The notes under the pieces were generated by a model. The model was not told the origin of the DNA, searched no databases, and worked only from the letters and a program-made list of their open reading frames with translations. Below are positions 26,456 to 35,724 of a DNA stretch of 64,000 nucleotides, in pieces. The translations under genes were made by a program, and so were the position numbers. Position 1 is the stretch's first letter. Every line of letters starts with the position of its first letter. This stretch comes from Thermodesulfobacteriota bacterium (GTDB taxonomy: Bacteria; Desulfobacterota; Desulfobacteria; Desulfobacterales; UBA11574): contig JBHPCZ010000003.1 in NCBI GenBank assembly GCA_042573625.1, positions 3,154 to 67,153 on the forward strand, in the 5' to 3' direction.

Positions 26456-27361
26456 CTACTTTTTTTGGGGCCACGGATAATGCGGTCGGGTTTTCCATCT
26501 TTGATGCACCCAGAACCATTGCTCAGGATAACGACAGATAAAATCTTCTATTATTCTGTTATATTGTCGAGTAGTTTCTTCAACATCCTTTGTCAGGTCT
26601 CCGGTTTCTATCAAAGGGATTTCCGGTCCAAATTCCGCCATAAAGCCTCTTTGTTCACGAACTAAGAAAACCGGAACCACGGGTGTCCGTGTTCTCAAAG
26701 CCAAAAAAGCCATACCTTTATTGGTACAGGCCCGCTTACCAAAAAAATCGACAAAAACCCCTTCATACCAATCCACATTCTGATCCATCAACATGGTGAC
26801 CGCTTCACCTTTCTTTAAACGTCGTAGAATCGAAAGTGCCGCTCGGGTATTGGGAATCATTTTCATTCCAAATCGACTTCTGGTCTTTATAAAAAAATGA
26901 TCCAGCGGTGAAAAATCGAGCGGCCTGTAAAGTGTGCTGGCAGGATAACCGGTCAGGACCGGAAGAACCGGCAGCAGTTCCCAATTCCCCATATGGGCGG
27001 TAAGGCCCAGAACACCTTTGCCTTTCTCGAATGCAGCTTCAAGGTTGTGCAAACCTTGAATTCGAAAATGCTTGTGAAAATCTTTTGGTCTCAGTCTTAA
27101 AAACCATCCGATTTCAAACAAGATTTGTCCAAGATTTTTGAAAACCTTCCTGGCAAGCATTTTAATCTCATATGGATTTTTTTCATGACCAAAAGCCTGG
27201 GTTAAGTTATTCAGTGTAATCTGCCGGTGCTTCCCGGCAGCCAGAAACAGGACCTCTCCAATAAAATTGCCCAATCTAACAGCCCATGGTCGCGGTATAA
27301 GGCCTAATAGATTGAGCGATGTTTCAATGATTTTTAGTGCAATTTTTTCCAAGTGTGACAT
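26456..27361 (-). CDS. lipid A biosynthesis late acyltransferase (LpxL/HtrB family)
   Basis: TAHMGNWELL (HX4D/E acyltransferase motif), MLMDQN. ~300 aa with an N-terminal anchor. Confidence 0.8.
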   Translation of the reverse strand: MSHLEKIALKIIETSLNLLGLIPRPWAVRLGNFIGEVLFLAAGKHRQITLNNLTQAFGHEKNPYEIKMLARKVFKNLGQILFEIGWFLRLRPKDFHKHFRIQGLHNLEAAFEKGKGVLGLTAHMGNWELLPVLPVLTGYPASTLYRPLDFSPLDHFFIKTRSRFGMKMIPNTRAALSILRRLKKGEAVTMLMDQNVDWYEGVFVDFFGKRACTNKGMAFLALRTRTPVVPVFLVREQRGFMAEFGPEIPLIETGDLTKDVEETTRQYNRIIEDFICRYPEQWFWVHQRWKTRPHYPWPQKK

Positions 27362-27391
27362 GGCGTAGGCGGTTAAGATTTCATTAGAGGT

Positions 27392-27538
27392 GGTTTCAAA
27401 ACCTCAAAGTGGCGCCTTTTGACAATTTTGCGGAGCTCGCCCTGTGGAATTTCGCTTTGCGAACCCCTTCGGGGATTCCACAGGGCAGGCTTAGAACTTG
27501 TCAAAATTGTCAAACCAGCGAAAGGGAGGTTTTGAAAC
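27392..27538. repeat. palindromic intergenic element, copy 1 (MITE/REP-like or structured RNA)
   Basis: Outer arms ggtttcaaaacctc / gaggttttgaaac and inner arms ttttgacaattttg / caaaattgtcaaa are mutually complementary. The core ccctgtggaat...attccacaggg encloses two mini-hairpins (ttcgc-ttt-gcgaa and cccc-ttcg-gggg). The arms are near-identical to copy 2 at 51817-51983. Confidence 0.8.
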
Positions 27539-27606
27539 TGCTTCTATCAATAGAGACTTGTTCGTTTCAACCTACCCTATTTCAAGGTAAATATCTTATC
27601 ATTTAT

Positions 27607-28359
27607 TTAACGCCAGGCCGATAACATATGTTTTGAATAACGACGCGTCTTAAAACCATTCGATGTTAAATAATCGATTAAAAACTCCATATCCTGGTTG
27701 GGTGCCGTTCCCTTGTGAACTTCTATGGCCATCTGCGAAACTCGAAGCAGGTCATTTTGGGGACAACTGTATAATATGTCATACTCTGCGCCTTCACAAT
27801 CCATTTTCAACAGATCGCAACGTTCAATATGATGCTCATCAAATATCTCTGACAAAGTGACACAGGGAACTCGGATCGTTTCACTCTGAAAGCCCGGTGT
27901 TTCAAAAATACTAGCAGATGTAGTAAAAATATCACTGGGATCAAAGCTTAACGAAATTTCACCTGAATTGCTATGTACAGCCTTAGGAAAACAAAATATC
28001 TGAGCATCCCTATTTAATCTCTTATTGCGTTGGAGCTGTCTAAAGTTATTAGGGATCGGCTCGTAAGAGAAAATTTTCGCATCTGGAAAACGCGATGCTG
28101 CGAATACCGAAAAAAAGCCTGCATTGGCACCGATATCGATGATTGTGGGTTGATCGGGAACGGCTATCCCCAATCCGCTCGTATAGCATTCCTCCATGAA
28201 AATCTCTTTGAATTCATGAAGGAGCCTTCTGGGCACCTCGAGGATGATGTTATTCCGTGCTTTAAACTTCAGAGGATCGGCCTGGGTCAACCCTAGTTTG
28301 ACTGCAAAATGAACCCACCAGTTAGATATGTTTTTAATAAGACGGATATATCGCATCAT
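27607..28359 (-). CDS. FkbM-family methyltransferase
   Basis: IIDIGANAGFFSVFAA and LLKMDCEGAEYDIL. The start is placed at MMRYIRL (28359), just after the upstream stop. The longest ORF reaches 28431. Confidence 0.8.
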   Translation of the reverse strand: MMRYIRLIKNISNWWVHFAVKLGLTQADPLKFKARNNIILEVPRRLLHEFKEIFMEECYTSGLGIAVPDQPTIIDIGANAGFFSVFAASRFPDAKIFSYEPIPNNFRQLQRNKRLNRDAQIFCFPKAVHSNSGEISLSFDPSDIFTTSASIFETPGFQSETIRVPCVTLSEIFDEHHIERCDLLKMDCEGAEYDILYSCPQNDLLRVSQMAIEVHKGTAPNQDMEFLIDYLTSNGFKTRRYSKHMLSAWR

Positions 28360-28363
28360 TTGT

Positions 28364-29191
28364 TTAATGTTCAACCTCAGCAACCATGGCAACACTATGA
28401 CCGGAATATATCCTTGCGATGAGGCGTGCAAAAATACTGACGCCTGGAAAACGTTTTAAGTTCTGTTTGACCGTTTCCGAATGATAGTTCTTGGTCTTTA
28501 CAACACGGAAGCCGCAGGCTCCCAGCATCGCTTTCAACGTTCTTGGCGTAAAATGATAAAAGTGATACGGCAGACTCCATCCGATCCAGTCATTCCAAGT
28601 CTTCATTGCGTCAGTTCCTTCATGATTTGGCACATCGACAATCAGGAGACCGTCTTTCTTCAACCATTCTTTTGCCTTAATAATCGCCTGTTTTGGATCC
28701 GGGGTGTGTTCAAGAGAATGCCACATCGTAATGACATCAAAGCTGTGCGCTGATAATTCAACTTCATTCAATTCTCCAACGGTAATCGGCAGGCTTAAAT
28801 GGTTCACGGCATGTTGCACAGCGTAGTCCGAAAAATCCAGACCATGAACATCGTAGCCACGCTCGCGACATGCTGCTAAAAAATATCCATAACCACAACC
28901 GATATCCAAAACATGCCCTTTTTTTTTCATTCCTTTAAAAAATCGTATTCGTGAGGATTCAAGACTCAACCTTTTTTTGAATTCTGGTGTTCCGGGGTTG
29001 CCCCCTTTTTCAAAATATTCTTCACAATATTCTTCACTGTAAAGCTTTGCCAGTTCGGTTTTTGAAGGTCTTGGATCCAGGAACCCCAAACCGCATGAAA
29101 CACATCGATAGACATTCCATGGTTCTTTCACTATTAGGAGATCCCTATTAGCATCACCACATAAAATACAATGTTCAGGAGCCCGATCCAT
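28364..29191 (-). CDS. class-I SAM-dependent methyltransferase with N-terminal zinc-ribbon
   Basis: CILCGD...CVSCGLGFL Cys pairs. VLDIGCGYGYFL motif I. FDVITMWHSLEH and LKKDGLLIVDVPN. Confidence 0.8.
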   Translation of the reverse strand: MDRAPEHCILCGDANRDLLIVKEPWNVYRCVSCGLGFLDPRPSKTELAKLYSEEYCEEYFEKGGNPGTPEFKKRLSLESSRIRFFKGMKKKGHVLDIGCGYGYFLAACRERGYDVHGLDFSDYAVQHAVNHLSLPITVGELNEVELSAHSFDVITMWHSLEHTPDPKQAIIKAKEWLKKDGLLIVDVPNHEGTDAMKTWNDWIGWSLPYHFYHFTPRTLKAMLGACGFRVVKTKNYHSETVKQNLKRFPGVSIFARLIARIYSGHSVAMVAEVEH

Positions 29192-29215
29192 TAGAAAAAC
29201 CCCATTTTCTGCTGA

Positions 29216-30418
29216 TTAATAATTGTCCTGTTTTTCTGATATATCGTGAAATATTTGTAGCATGACTTCATGATTTTTTTCAGTGGAATAGCGTTTGCCC
29301 ACCTCTGCGGCGAGTTGAGACATTTTTCGGCGTTTGTTACGATCCATTAACGACTTCATCTTAGCCGCCAGTTCAGTTGGATCCGGAGGATGCGATATAA
29401 CATACCCGTCCCTATTATTGGTTATTATCCCCGCGGCTCCGTTATAAATTGTAGTAATTGGAGGCAGGCCACAGGCCATCGCTTCAATCACTACCAGTGA
29501 GCAAGCATCGTAATATGTGGGAAGCACCAACACGTCGCTGTTTGCATAGTATTCTTCGGTGGAACGACTTTTCCCCGTGAATATAATCTTATCATTAAGC
29601 CCCAAACTTGATATACGCTTAGATAATGAAGGATAGGGAGACCCTCCCAAAACAACAATCCTGAATTGACCCTCATGCAAATGATTTAATAATTCGACAG
29701 CGTCCACAAGGGGAACTATTCCCTTTTTCTTCAGATCATAGGATACAAAAAGAAAAATCACTTCATCCTTGTTAATTCCGAGCTGCTGTCGTAATGGCCC
29801 TCTTAAATGCTCTCGCAAGCCGACGTTGTATTTTGTCGTATCGACCCCATTGTACACTATTTCGATTTCTTCGGGATTTACATTAAAGAATAATTCCATA
29901 TCTTCTTTTATCATTTGTGAGATCGCCACGATCTTTGGTCTTTTTTTTTGTTTGAATGCGGTTGACTCAATCCAGTTCCTCATCCATTGCTTTAATGAAA
30001 TTGCAATGATTACGCGCTTAATTGCACGTCGAATTTTATTGTTCTCCGCGTATACCTTTCGGGCGGTAGAATATCGATGGACACCGCCGTGACTCTGGTA
30101 AACATTCATGTACACTGTGTTTCCGAATCCAACAATCACATCAATGTTCTGTTCCCGGACCATTTTGCGATGGCGCAAAGCAAATAGTAGCATTTTTGCC
30201 CAGGCCGGAAGAAATCTTGGAATTGTTATTTTGTGGAAAATGGCGGTCTCTGGTTCACCGTCCCAGTTTTGTCCGAACAGATGCACCTCCCACCCGTCCG
30301 TAACAAGTGCTTTCGATAAAGAAACTGCATAGGTTTCTGCACCCCCGGCAAAGCGGCTGAAATTTTCAATTGCAAGTGCTATCTTCTTCACGGTTATATG
30401 ATTCCCATGCTTTTGCAT
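29216..30418 (-). CDS. glycosyltransferase family 4 (GT-B, group 1)
   Basis: SDVLVLPTYYDACSLVVIEAMACGLPPITT (EX7E motif region) and N-terminal FAGGAETY. Confidence 0.85.
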   Translation of the reverse strand: MQKHGNHITVKKIALAIENFSRFAGGAETYAVSLSKALVTDGWEVHLFGQNWDGEPETAIFHKITIPRFLPAWAKMLLFALRHRKMVREQNIDVIVGFGNTVYMNVYQSHGGVHRYSTARKVYAENNKIRRAIKRVIIAISLKQWMRNWIESTAFKQKKRPKIVAISQMIKEDMELFFNVNPEEIEIVYNGVDTTKYNVGLREHLRGPLRQQLGINKDEVIFLFVSYDLKKKGIVPLVDAVELLNHLHEGQFRIVVLGGSPYPSLSKRISSLGLNDKIIFTGKSRSTEEYYANSDVLVLPTYYDACSLVVIEAMACGLPPITTIYNGAAGIITNNRDGYVISHPPDPTELAAKMKSLMDRNKRRKMSQLAAEVGKRYSTEKNHEVMLQIFHDISEKQDNY

Positions 30419-31139
30419 GTTTTAAAAATACATACCAGGCTGAATTCATGGCGATAATAAGGCCGGGAATCCCATCAAGCAGGCCCAGTTTCCATACATA
30501 ACACTCCAAAAATTTGCCAAAAGCGTGCGCGACGCCTGCCAGAACAAACCACCCTTGTTTCGGTCCGCTATGTTCAACATAAAGATCTGAGAACTTGTTC
30601 ATCGTTGTCAGCTGATCTGAAATTCCACGATAAACATAATGAATAATCGGTCCTGACAATCGCTCGATGTCACCCTCCACTGCGAGCTGTTCGTGCAAGC
30701 CATCACCTTTCCATGTCCCTCTCCCCTTTCGAACCAGCCGCACTTTACGATCAGGATACCATCCGCCATGCTTTATCCAACGGCCCAGATATCTTGACAA
30801 TCTGGGCATGGAAAAAGCATTCACACTTGGCGCGGCATTTTTAACTGCTTCCTGTATTTCTAAAGAAAGTTGTTCTGATATGGCTTCATCTGCGTCCAGA
30901 TTAAGAATCCATTCCGAATTCGTGCTTTCCATGGCAAACTGTTTCTGAGCCGCATACCCTGACCATTCGTGATGCACAACGCTCGCCCCCATTTGTTGAC
31001 AGAGGTCCTGGGTTCCATCCGTGCTTCCGGAATCCACAACAACCACCTCAGTCGCAAATGCGGCACTTTTCAACAACTGTCCTATTCGGTCCACTTCGTT
31101 TTTGGCAATCACGGCGATGCTGAGATTTGTATCCATCAT
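30366..31139 (-). CDS. glycosyltransferase family 2 (LPS core WaaE/KdtX-like)
   Basis: LSIAVIAKNEVDRIGQLLKSAAFATEVVVVDSGSTDGT and LNLDADE (DxD). Confidence 0.8.
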   Translation of the reverse strand: MMDTNLSIAVIAKNEVDRIGQLLKSAAFATEVVVVDSGSTDGTQDLCQQMGASVVHHEWSGYAAQKQFAMESTNSEWILNLDADEAISEQLSLEIQEAVKNAAPSVNAFSMPRLSRYLGRWIKHGGWYPDRKVRLVRKGRGTWKGDGLHEQLAVEGDIERLSGPIIHYVYRGISDQLTTMNKFSDLYVEHSGPKQGWFVLAGVAHAFGKFLECYVWKLGLLDGIPGLIIAMNSAWYVFLKHAKAWESYNREEDSTCN

Positions 31140-31164
31140 ATGTTAAATAGATTTTGAAATGCGG

Positions 31165-32130
31165 TTATGAAAACAGTTTGGAGTAATATTTTTTTGATTT
31201 GCCGAATTTAGTTTTCCAGTTCTTCTCTCTCTCTTTGTCCCATTTCCGTCCGTCAAAATTGGGTCCCTGCCGGGTGCTGCACCAGTTGTGATGCACGATG
31301 CTCTTGCCGCAAAAACCGCTTTTCCATTTTTTGTCTACAGGATATATTTCCTCGGTTAACCCGTTTGGAACAAGAAGTCGCTCCATCCTCAGAAAGTACT
31401 CGAGATCTTCCGCAATTCCGACCGGAGCGAAATCTTCATCAAAAAACCCAATCTGCCTGATCATCGCGGGTTTAACCATAAAACACACCGCAGAGCGGCC
31501 CTCCTTTCGATAGGGGATAAAAATGGGCAACTCCTTTTTTTTGACCTGTTGACAGAACAACTTATGACCACCCCATTTGTTATAAATTTTTTCTTTACTC
31601 TCATTGATGTCGGCAGTGGTATACGTCTTGCTCGGATCAATTCGATATTTTTTAGATAAAGAATGGGCTTCGATGAGTTCATCCAGGACCGGAGAACCGT
31701 TTTCCATGCTTGAAACCCAACCGATCCGGTGGTCACTCTCCATCGCTTCCACAAGGGGCTGCAGCCAGTCTTCTCCAAAGAGGGCATCGTTGTTTGATAT
31801 GATATAGTAATCGTAGTAAAAGGATTGTCCGCTTATTTTCTCTGGAGAGAACTTTAAAATTTGATTCCATGCAATGGCCACGCCCAAATTTTGGGAATTT
31901 CTCAGATAGTACGTCGAAAATTCGGGATTTTGGAAATCTATTTTGAGAAGACCTTCGATATCTTCACTTGAGCCATTATCAACAATAAGGACATTTACCT
32001 TCAAATTTAACCTTTTGGTTTCAGTATATCTGTACAGATGTTGCAAACAAGCTCGGGTCATCTCTTTGTTGTCTAACACAGGTATGCCGATTAGAATTTT
32101 GTTCATATTCTTTTTTGTTTTCGCATTCAT
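31165..32130 (-). CDS. glycosyltransferase family 2
   Basis: ILIGIPVLDNKEMTRACLQHL...VLIVDNGSSED and the IISNND region. 321 aa. Confidence 0.7.
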   Translation of the reverse strand: MNAKTKKNMNKILIGIPVLDNKEMTRACLQHLYRYTETKRLNLKVNVLIVDNGSSEDIEGLLKIDFQNPEFSTYYLRNSQNLGVAIAWNQILKFSPEKISGQSFYYDYYIISNNDALFGEDWLQPLVEAMESDHRIGWVSSMENGSPVLDELIEAHSLSKKYRIDPSKTYTTADINESKEKIYNKWGGHKLFCQQVKKKELPIFIPYRKEGRSAVCFMVKPAMIRQIGFFDEDFAPVGIAEDLEYFLRMERLLVPNGLTEEIYPVDKKWKSGFCGKSIVHHNWCSTRQGPNFDGRKWDKEREKNWKTKFGKSKKYYSKLFS

Positions 32131-32297
32131 AATTATGACTCAAATAAATAATAACCCATAAAAAACAGGACACTTTTTTGAGTGCAACAAATACACAAAT
32201 CATATTTCGATGTCAATTTGTAACCATCTAAAAGTGATATTCGAAATAATTAAGCGGGGTCCATGCCGGCGATATATTCATGAAATTGCCCTCTTTT

Positions 32298-33431
32298 CTA
32301 CTGGATGCTTTTCAGGCGGCTTCTAATCACTGCATTAAAAGAATCTTCTTCATCCTCAAAAGTAACATCAATGCCGATAACGACAAGATCAATAGGCCAT
32401 ATGATTCTGTGGGCGATTCGGACATAGTCCTTTTCTGTTGTTACCAGACAGTCAACATTGGTATCCTTTGCCAAGCGAAATATTTTTTCAAGATCCGTGT
32501 CCGAGTAACAGTAATGATCTGGAAATTCCAGCATCCCCAACATGTTACACTTAAGGCTTTTAATCGTCCGATGAAAATCTTGATTATTGGCCAATCCGGA
32601 AAAAGCAAATACATTACGGTCTTTTATCAAATCAAGATCATGAGAAATAATACTTTCTGGTTCTGCGACACGCGTTGAGTTTCTTCCCATTCGCACCGTA
32701 CAGATATTCGGAACATGAGAAGATCGAAATATGGGCTTTCCCCGCCCAAATTGCTCAAATTTTGATAACGACGGCGATTTTTCTAAATCAGATCTTGTTA
32801 AAATAAACATATCACCCCGTGCGAGTGCTGAAAGCGGCTCTCTCAGGGTACCCAATGGAAATAAGTGGCCATTGCCAAAGGGTAGAGAATTATCCAAAAG
32901 TACGATATCAAGATCCCTTTCAAGCTTTCGGTGCTGAAAAGCATCGTCTAACACGAGCACATCCGGCTCAAACGCCTTTACTCCTAACATCCCGGCTTCA
33001 TATCGATTCTTTCCTACAATTACCGGAACGTTTTTCAGTTTGGATGCTATCATAAATGGTTCGTCGCCAGCCTTGCCAGGCCCCATCAGGATTGATTGCC
33101 CGTCACTGACAATTCCTCCGGTTCTTTCCGCCTTTCCCTTATATCCTCTGCTAATAACAGCTGTTTTATAGCCAAGGTTCTGAATCAGTCTCGCCAAATG
33201 AATCGTCATCGGTGTCTTCCCCGTACCTCCCACTGTGAGGTTCCCGACGGAAATAACCTTACAAGGAAGTCTCTTTGACCGAAAAATTTTCTTTTGATAA
33301 AGACTTTCTCTCCATCTCACGATATAGCCATATAATATCGAGATTATGAACAGGACGGGTTCCAATAGTAGAAATCGCGCCTCTCCTCTATGGGTTATGG
33401 CAGTTCCATTTTTTCTGGAATGGTTAATCAT
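32298..33431 (-). CDS. lpxK: tetraacyldisaccharide 4'-kinase
   Basis: P-loop VISVGNLTVGGTGKTP, RGY, DDAFQH, and TTEKD near the C-terminus. The start is placed at MINHSRK (33431), which gives a normal N-terminal length and avoids overlap. The longest ORF reaches 33542. Confidence 0.85.
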   Translation of the reverse strand: MINHSRKNGTAITHRGEARFLLLEPVLFIISILYGYIVRWRESLYQKKIFRSKRLPCKVISVGNLTVGGTGKTPMTIHLARLIQNLGYKTAVISRGYKGKAERTGGIVSDGQSILMGPGKAGDEPFMIASKLKNVPVIVGKNRYEAGMLGVKAFEPDVLVLDDAFQHRKLERDLDIVLLDNSLPFGNGHLFPLGTLREPLSALARGDMFILTRSDLEKSPSLSKFEQFGRGKPIFRSSHVPNICTVRMGRNSTRVAEPESIISHDLDLIKDRNVFAFSGLANNQDFHRTIKSLKCNMLGMLEFPDHYCYSDTDLEKIFRLAKDTNVDCLVTTEKDYVRIAHRIIWPIDLVVIGIDVTFEDEEDSFNAVIRSRLKSIQ

Positions 33432-33478
33432 GTTTGGTATGTATTTTCTTTTTCTCTTCTTTAATTTAGGAAATACGC

Positions 33479-34303
33479 TCACTCCTTTTGCCAAAAAACA
33501 CCCGTCCAATCTATCTTTACCAGTGGAATATCGATATTCCATCTGGACCGATAGTCATCAACGGCCTTTTTGCAGCTGGGAATTTCATAGTCATCAATTA
33601 TGCAAAACCCTCCCTTTGACAGCTTTGGGTAAAGATTAACCAGCGCATCCATCGTTGATTCATACATATCACCATCAAGCCTGAGTATGGACAGTTTTTC
33701 AATTGGTGCATTGGGCAAAGCGTCTTTAAACCACCCTTTTAAAAAGATGACCTGGTCGTCTAATAGCCCATATTTCTTGAAATTAGCTTCGACTTCTTCC
33801 TTTGAAACTTTAAGAAATGATTGCGTATAGTTCCGGTCTCCTTTATCTTGGGGATATCGGGTCTCATCCGGCACTGGAAGCCCCTCAAACGAGTCAGCAA
33901 CGAAAACACACCGGTCTTTAATTCCGTATGCAGCCAATACGGCTCGCATAAAAATAGTTGCCCCTCCTCTCCAAACACCTGTTTCAATAAGGTCGCCTTC
34001 AATATCATTTTGGATGATGCTTTCAACACAAAACTGAACGTTATCCAATCGCTTCAATCCGATCATCGTCTCAGCATATCTTGGCCATACCATACCTTCT
34101 CTTCTGCTTTTGTCCTCGAAATTGGATTGTTTTACAGCCTGTAAATCGAAAAGCCGAAGTGCATATGAAAATAGTCGGTAAACTATACGCTTGGGCAACG
34201 AACATCTATAGATAAATAACTCTAAAGGAACTTCGGGTTCATCCCATAATGTAAAAGATAGTGTTTTTTTCATCAAATCTAAAAACAACAACTCAGGTCT
34301 CAT
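33479..34303 (-). CDS. TylF/macrocin-type O-methyltransferase family protein
   Basis: GDLIETGVWRGGATIFMRAVL, LRLDGDMYESTMDAL and GGFCIIDDY are TylF-family hallmarks. Confidence 0.8.
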   Translation of the reverse strand: MRPELLFLDLMKKTLSFTLWDEPEVPLELFIYRCSLPKRIVYRLFSYALRLFDLQAVKQSNFEDKSRREGMVWPRYAETMIGLKRLDNVQFCVESIIQNDIEGDLIETGVWRGGATIFMRAVLAAYGIKDRCVFVADSFEGLPVPDETRYPQDKGDRNYTQSFLKVSKEEVEANFKKYGLLDDQVIFLKGWFKDALPNAPIEKLSILRLDGDMYESTMDALVNLYPKLSKGGFCIIDDYEIPSCKKAVDDYRSRWNIDIPLVKIDWTGVFWQKE

Positions 34304-34355
34304 CTTCTTTGATTTCTCCTTTATTCACTTCAAAATTGCATAACTCCTCATTGTG

Positions 34356-35660
34356 CTATAGGCAATCTTCTATTACTGCTAATGTCTTTCCAACAGCACC
34401 TTTATTGGTAAAAAAAATTTTAAACGCATTCTCTCCCATCTTTTTGGCTCTTTCTTTGCTTGAGATGAGCATTGCCACGGATTGATAAATACTATCAGCA
34501 TCCTGAACCAACACAGCCCCCCCTGATTCCAAGAGCATTTCTGATATATCTGCAAAATCGCTCATGTCACTCCCAAATATTATCGGCTTGGAAAACATAG
34601 CGGGTTCAACTGGGTTATGTCCTCCGCACTTAACGAGACTCCCCCCCACAAAGGCAACATCTGCCAAAACATAAAGCCTCTTTAAGATTCCGATAGTGTC
34701 AACAACGATGACATCTGATTGCATCCCCCAATCTTCCCTTTCCAAATCTTTCATGACAGCCGTTGAGAAACCGGCCGATTTGAACATACGGGAGACAGAC
34801 CTGGCGCGTTCAGGATTTCTAGGAGCGACAACAAGTAGAAGATCGACAAACTCTCTATTTAGTTTTGAAAAAGCGTCGAGAAGTATCGTTTCCTCTCCTT
34901 TATGCGTGCTTCCGGCTAAAAAAAGTTTTTGATACGGTTTTAAATTGATTGACCGTCTCAGGCTTTCTATCTCTCCGGAAGGTATGGAATCACATTCTTG
35001 GTCAAATTTAAAATTTCCCGCTACTGAAATCATATTTGGCGGGACCCCGAGACGCTTAAAACGCTGTGCATCCGCAATGGACTGGGTGCAAATTTTTGAA
35101 AATGATAGAAATACATGTTTCATAAAAAAATTAAAACGTTTATATCCGGAAAATGATTTTTCTGACAGCCTGGCATTGGCAAAGATCACGGGAACATTCC
35201 GTTTTTTCATCTCTAGAAGAAAATTTGGCCAGATATCAGACTCGACAATAATAACGATAACAGGATTTACGCTTTCGGTAACATACTTTACAGAAAATGG
35301 CAGATCGTAAGGATAAAAAAAGATAGAACTTGCGCTTTCTTTAAAATATTTGTTCGCCATTTCAAACCCGGTTTTAGTAGAAACTGAAACAACAATATCA
35401 TAATGTCTGAAACGATTCTTTAAACCTTCAACCAGAGGCACAGCAGAGAGAACCTCACCCACCGAAAGCGCATGTACCCATATGGGTCTGTTTTCAGAAT
35501 GTCGAAGTCTGCCTTGTCTTAATTTTGCTGTTTTCGATACAAGTCCAAGTCTTTGAAAAACGGTTTTTCGCCGCTTATCCGATAAAATTACAATCGGAAT
35601 TATCACGGGGAAACAGACAGTAACTGCGATAAAAAGCAGCATATTATATAAAAGAATCAC
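34356..35660 (-). CDS. waaA: 3-deoxy-D-manno-octulosonic acid (Kdo) transferase
   Basis: PIWVHALSVGEVLSAVPLV signature and GGSLVKCGGHNPVEPA near the C-terminus. 434 aa. Confidence 0.9.
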   Translation of the reverse strand: MILLYNMLLFIAVTVCFPVIIPIVILSDKRRKTVFQRLGLVSKTAKLRQGRLRHSENRPIWVHALSVGEVLSAVPLVEGLKNRFRHYDIVVSVSTKTGFEMANKYFKESASSIFFYPYDLPFSVKYVTESVNPVIVIIVESDIWPNFLLEMKKRNVPVIFANARLSEKSFSGYKRFNFFMKHVFLSFSKICTQSIADAQRFKRLGVPPNMISVAGNFKFDQECDSIPSGEIESLRRSINLKPYQKLFLAGSTHKGEETILLDAFSKLNREFVDLLLVVAPRNPERARSVSRMFKSAGFSTAVMKDLEREDWGMQSDVIVVDTIGILKRLYVLADVAFVGGSLVKCGGHNPVEPAMFSKPIIFGSDMSDFADISEMLLESGGAVLVQDADSIYQSVAMLISSKERAKKMGENAFKIFFTNKGAVGKTLAVIEDCL

Positions 35661-35724
35661 GCAAAAAGCCCTTATTCGAACTCAGAGTCAAAGATTTACT
35701 TGGATAAAGATGCATCAATCACCA

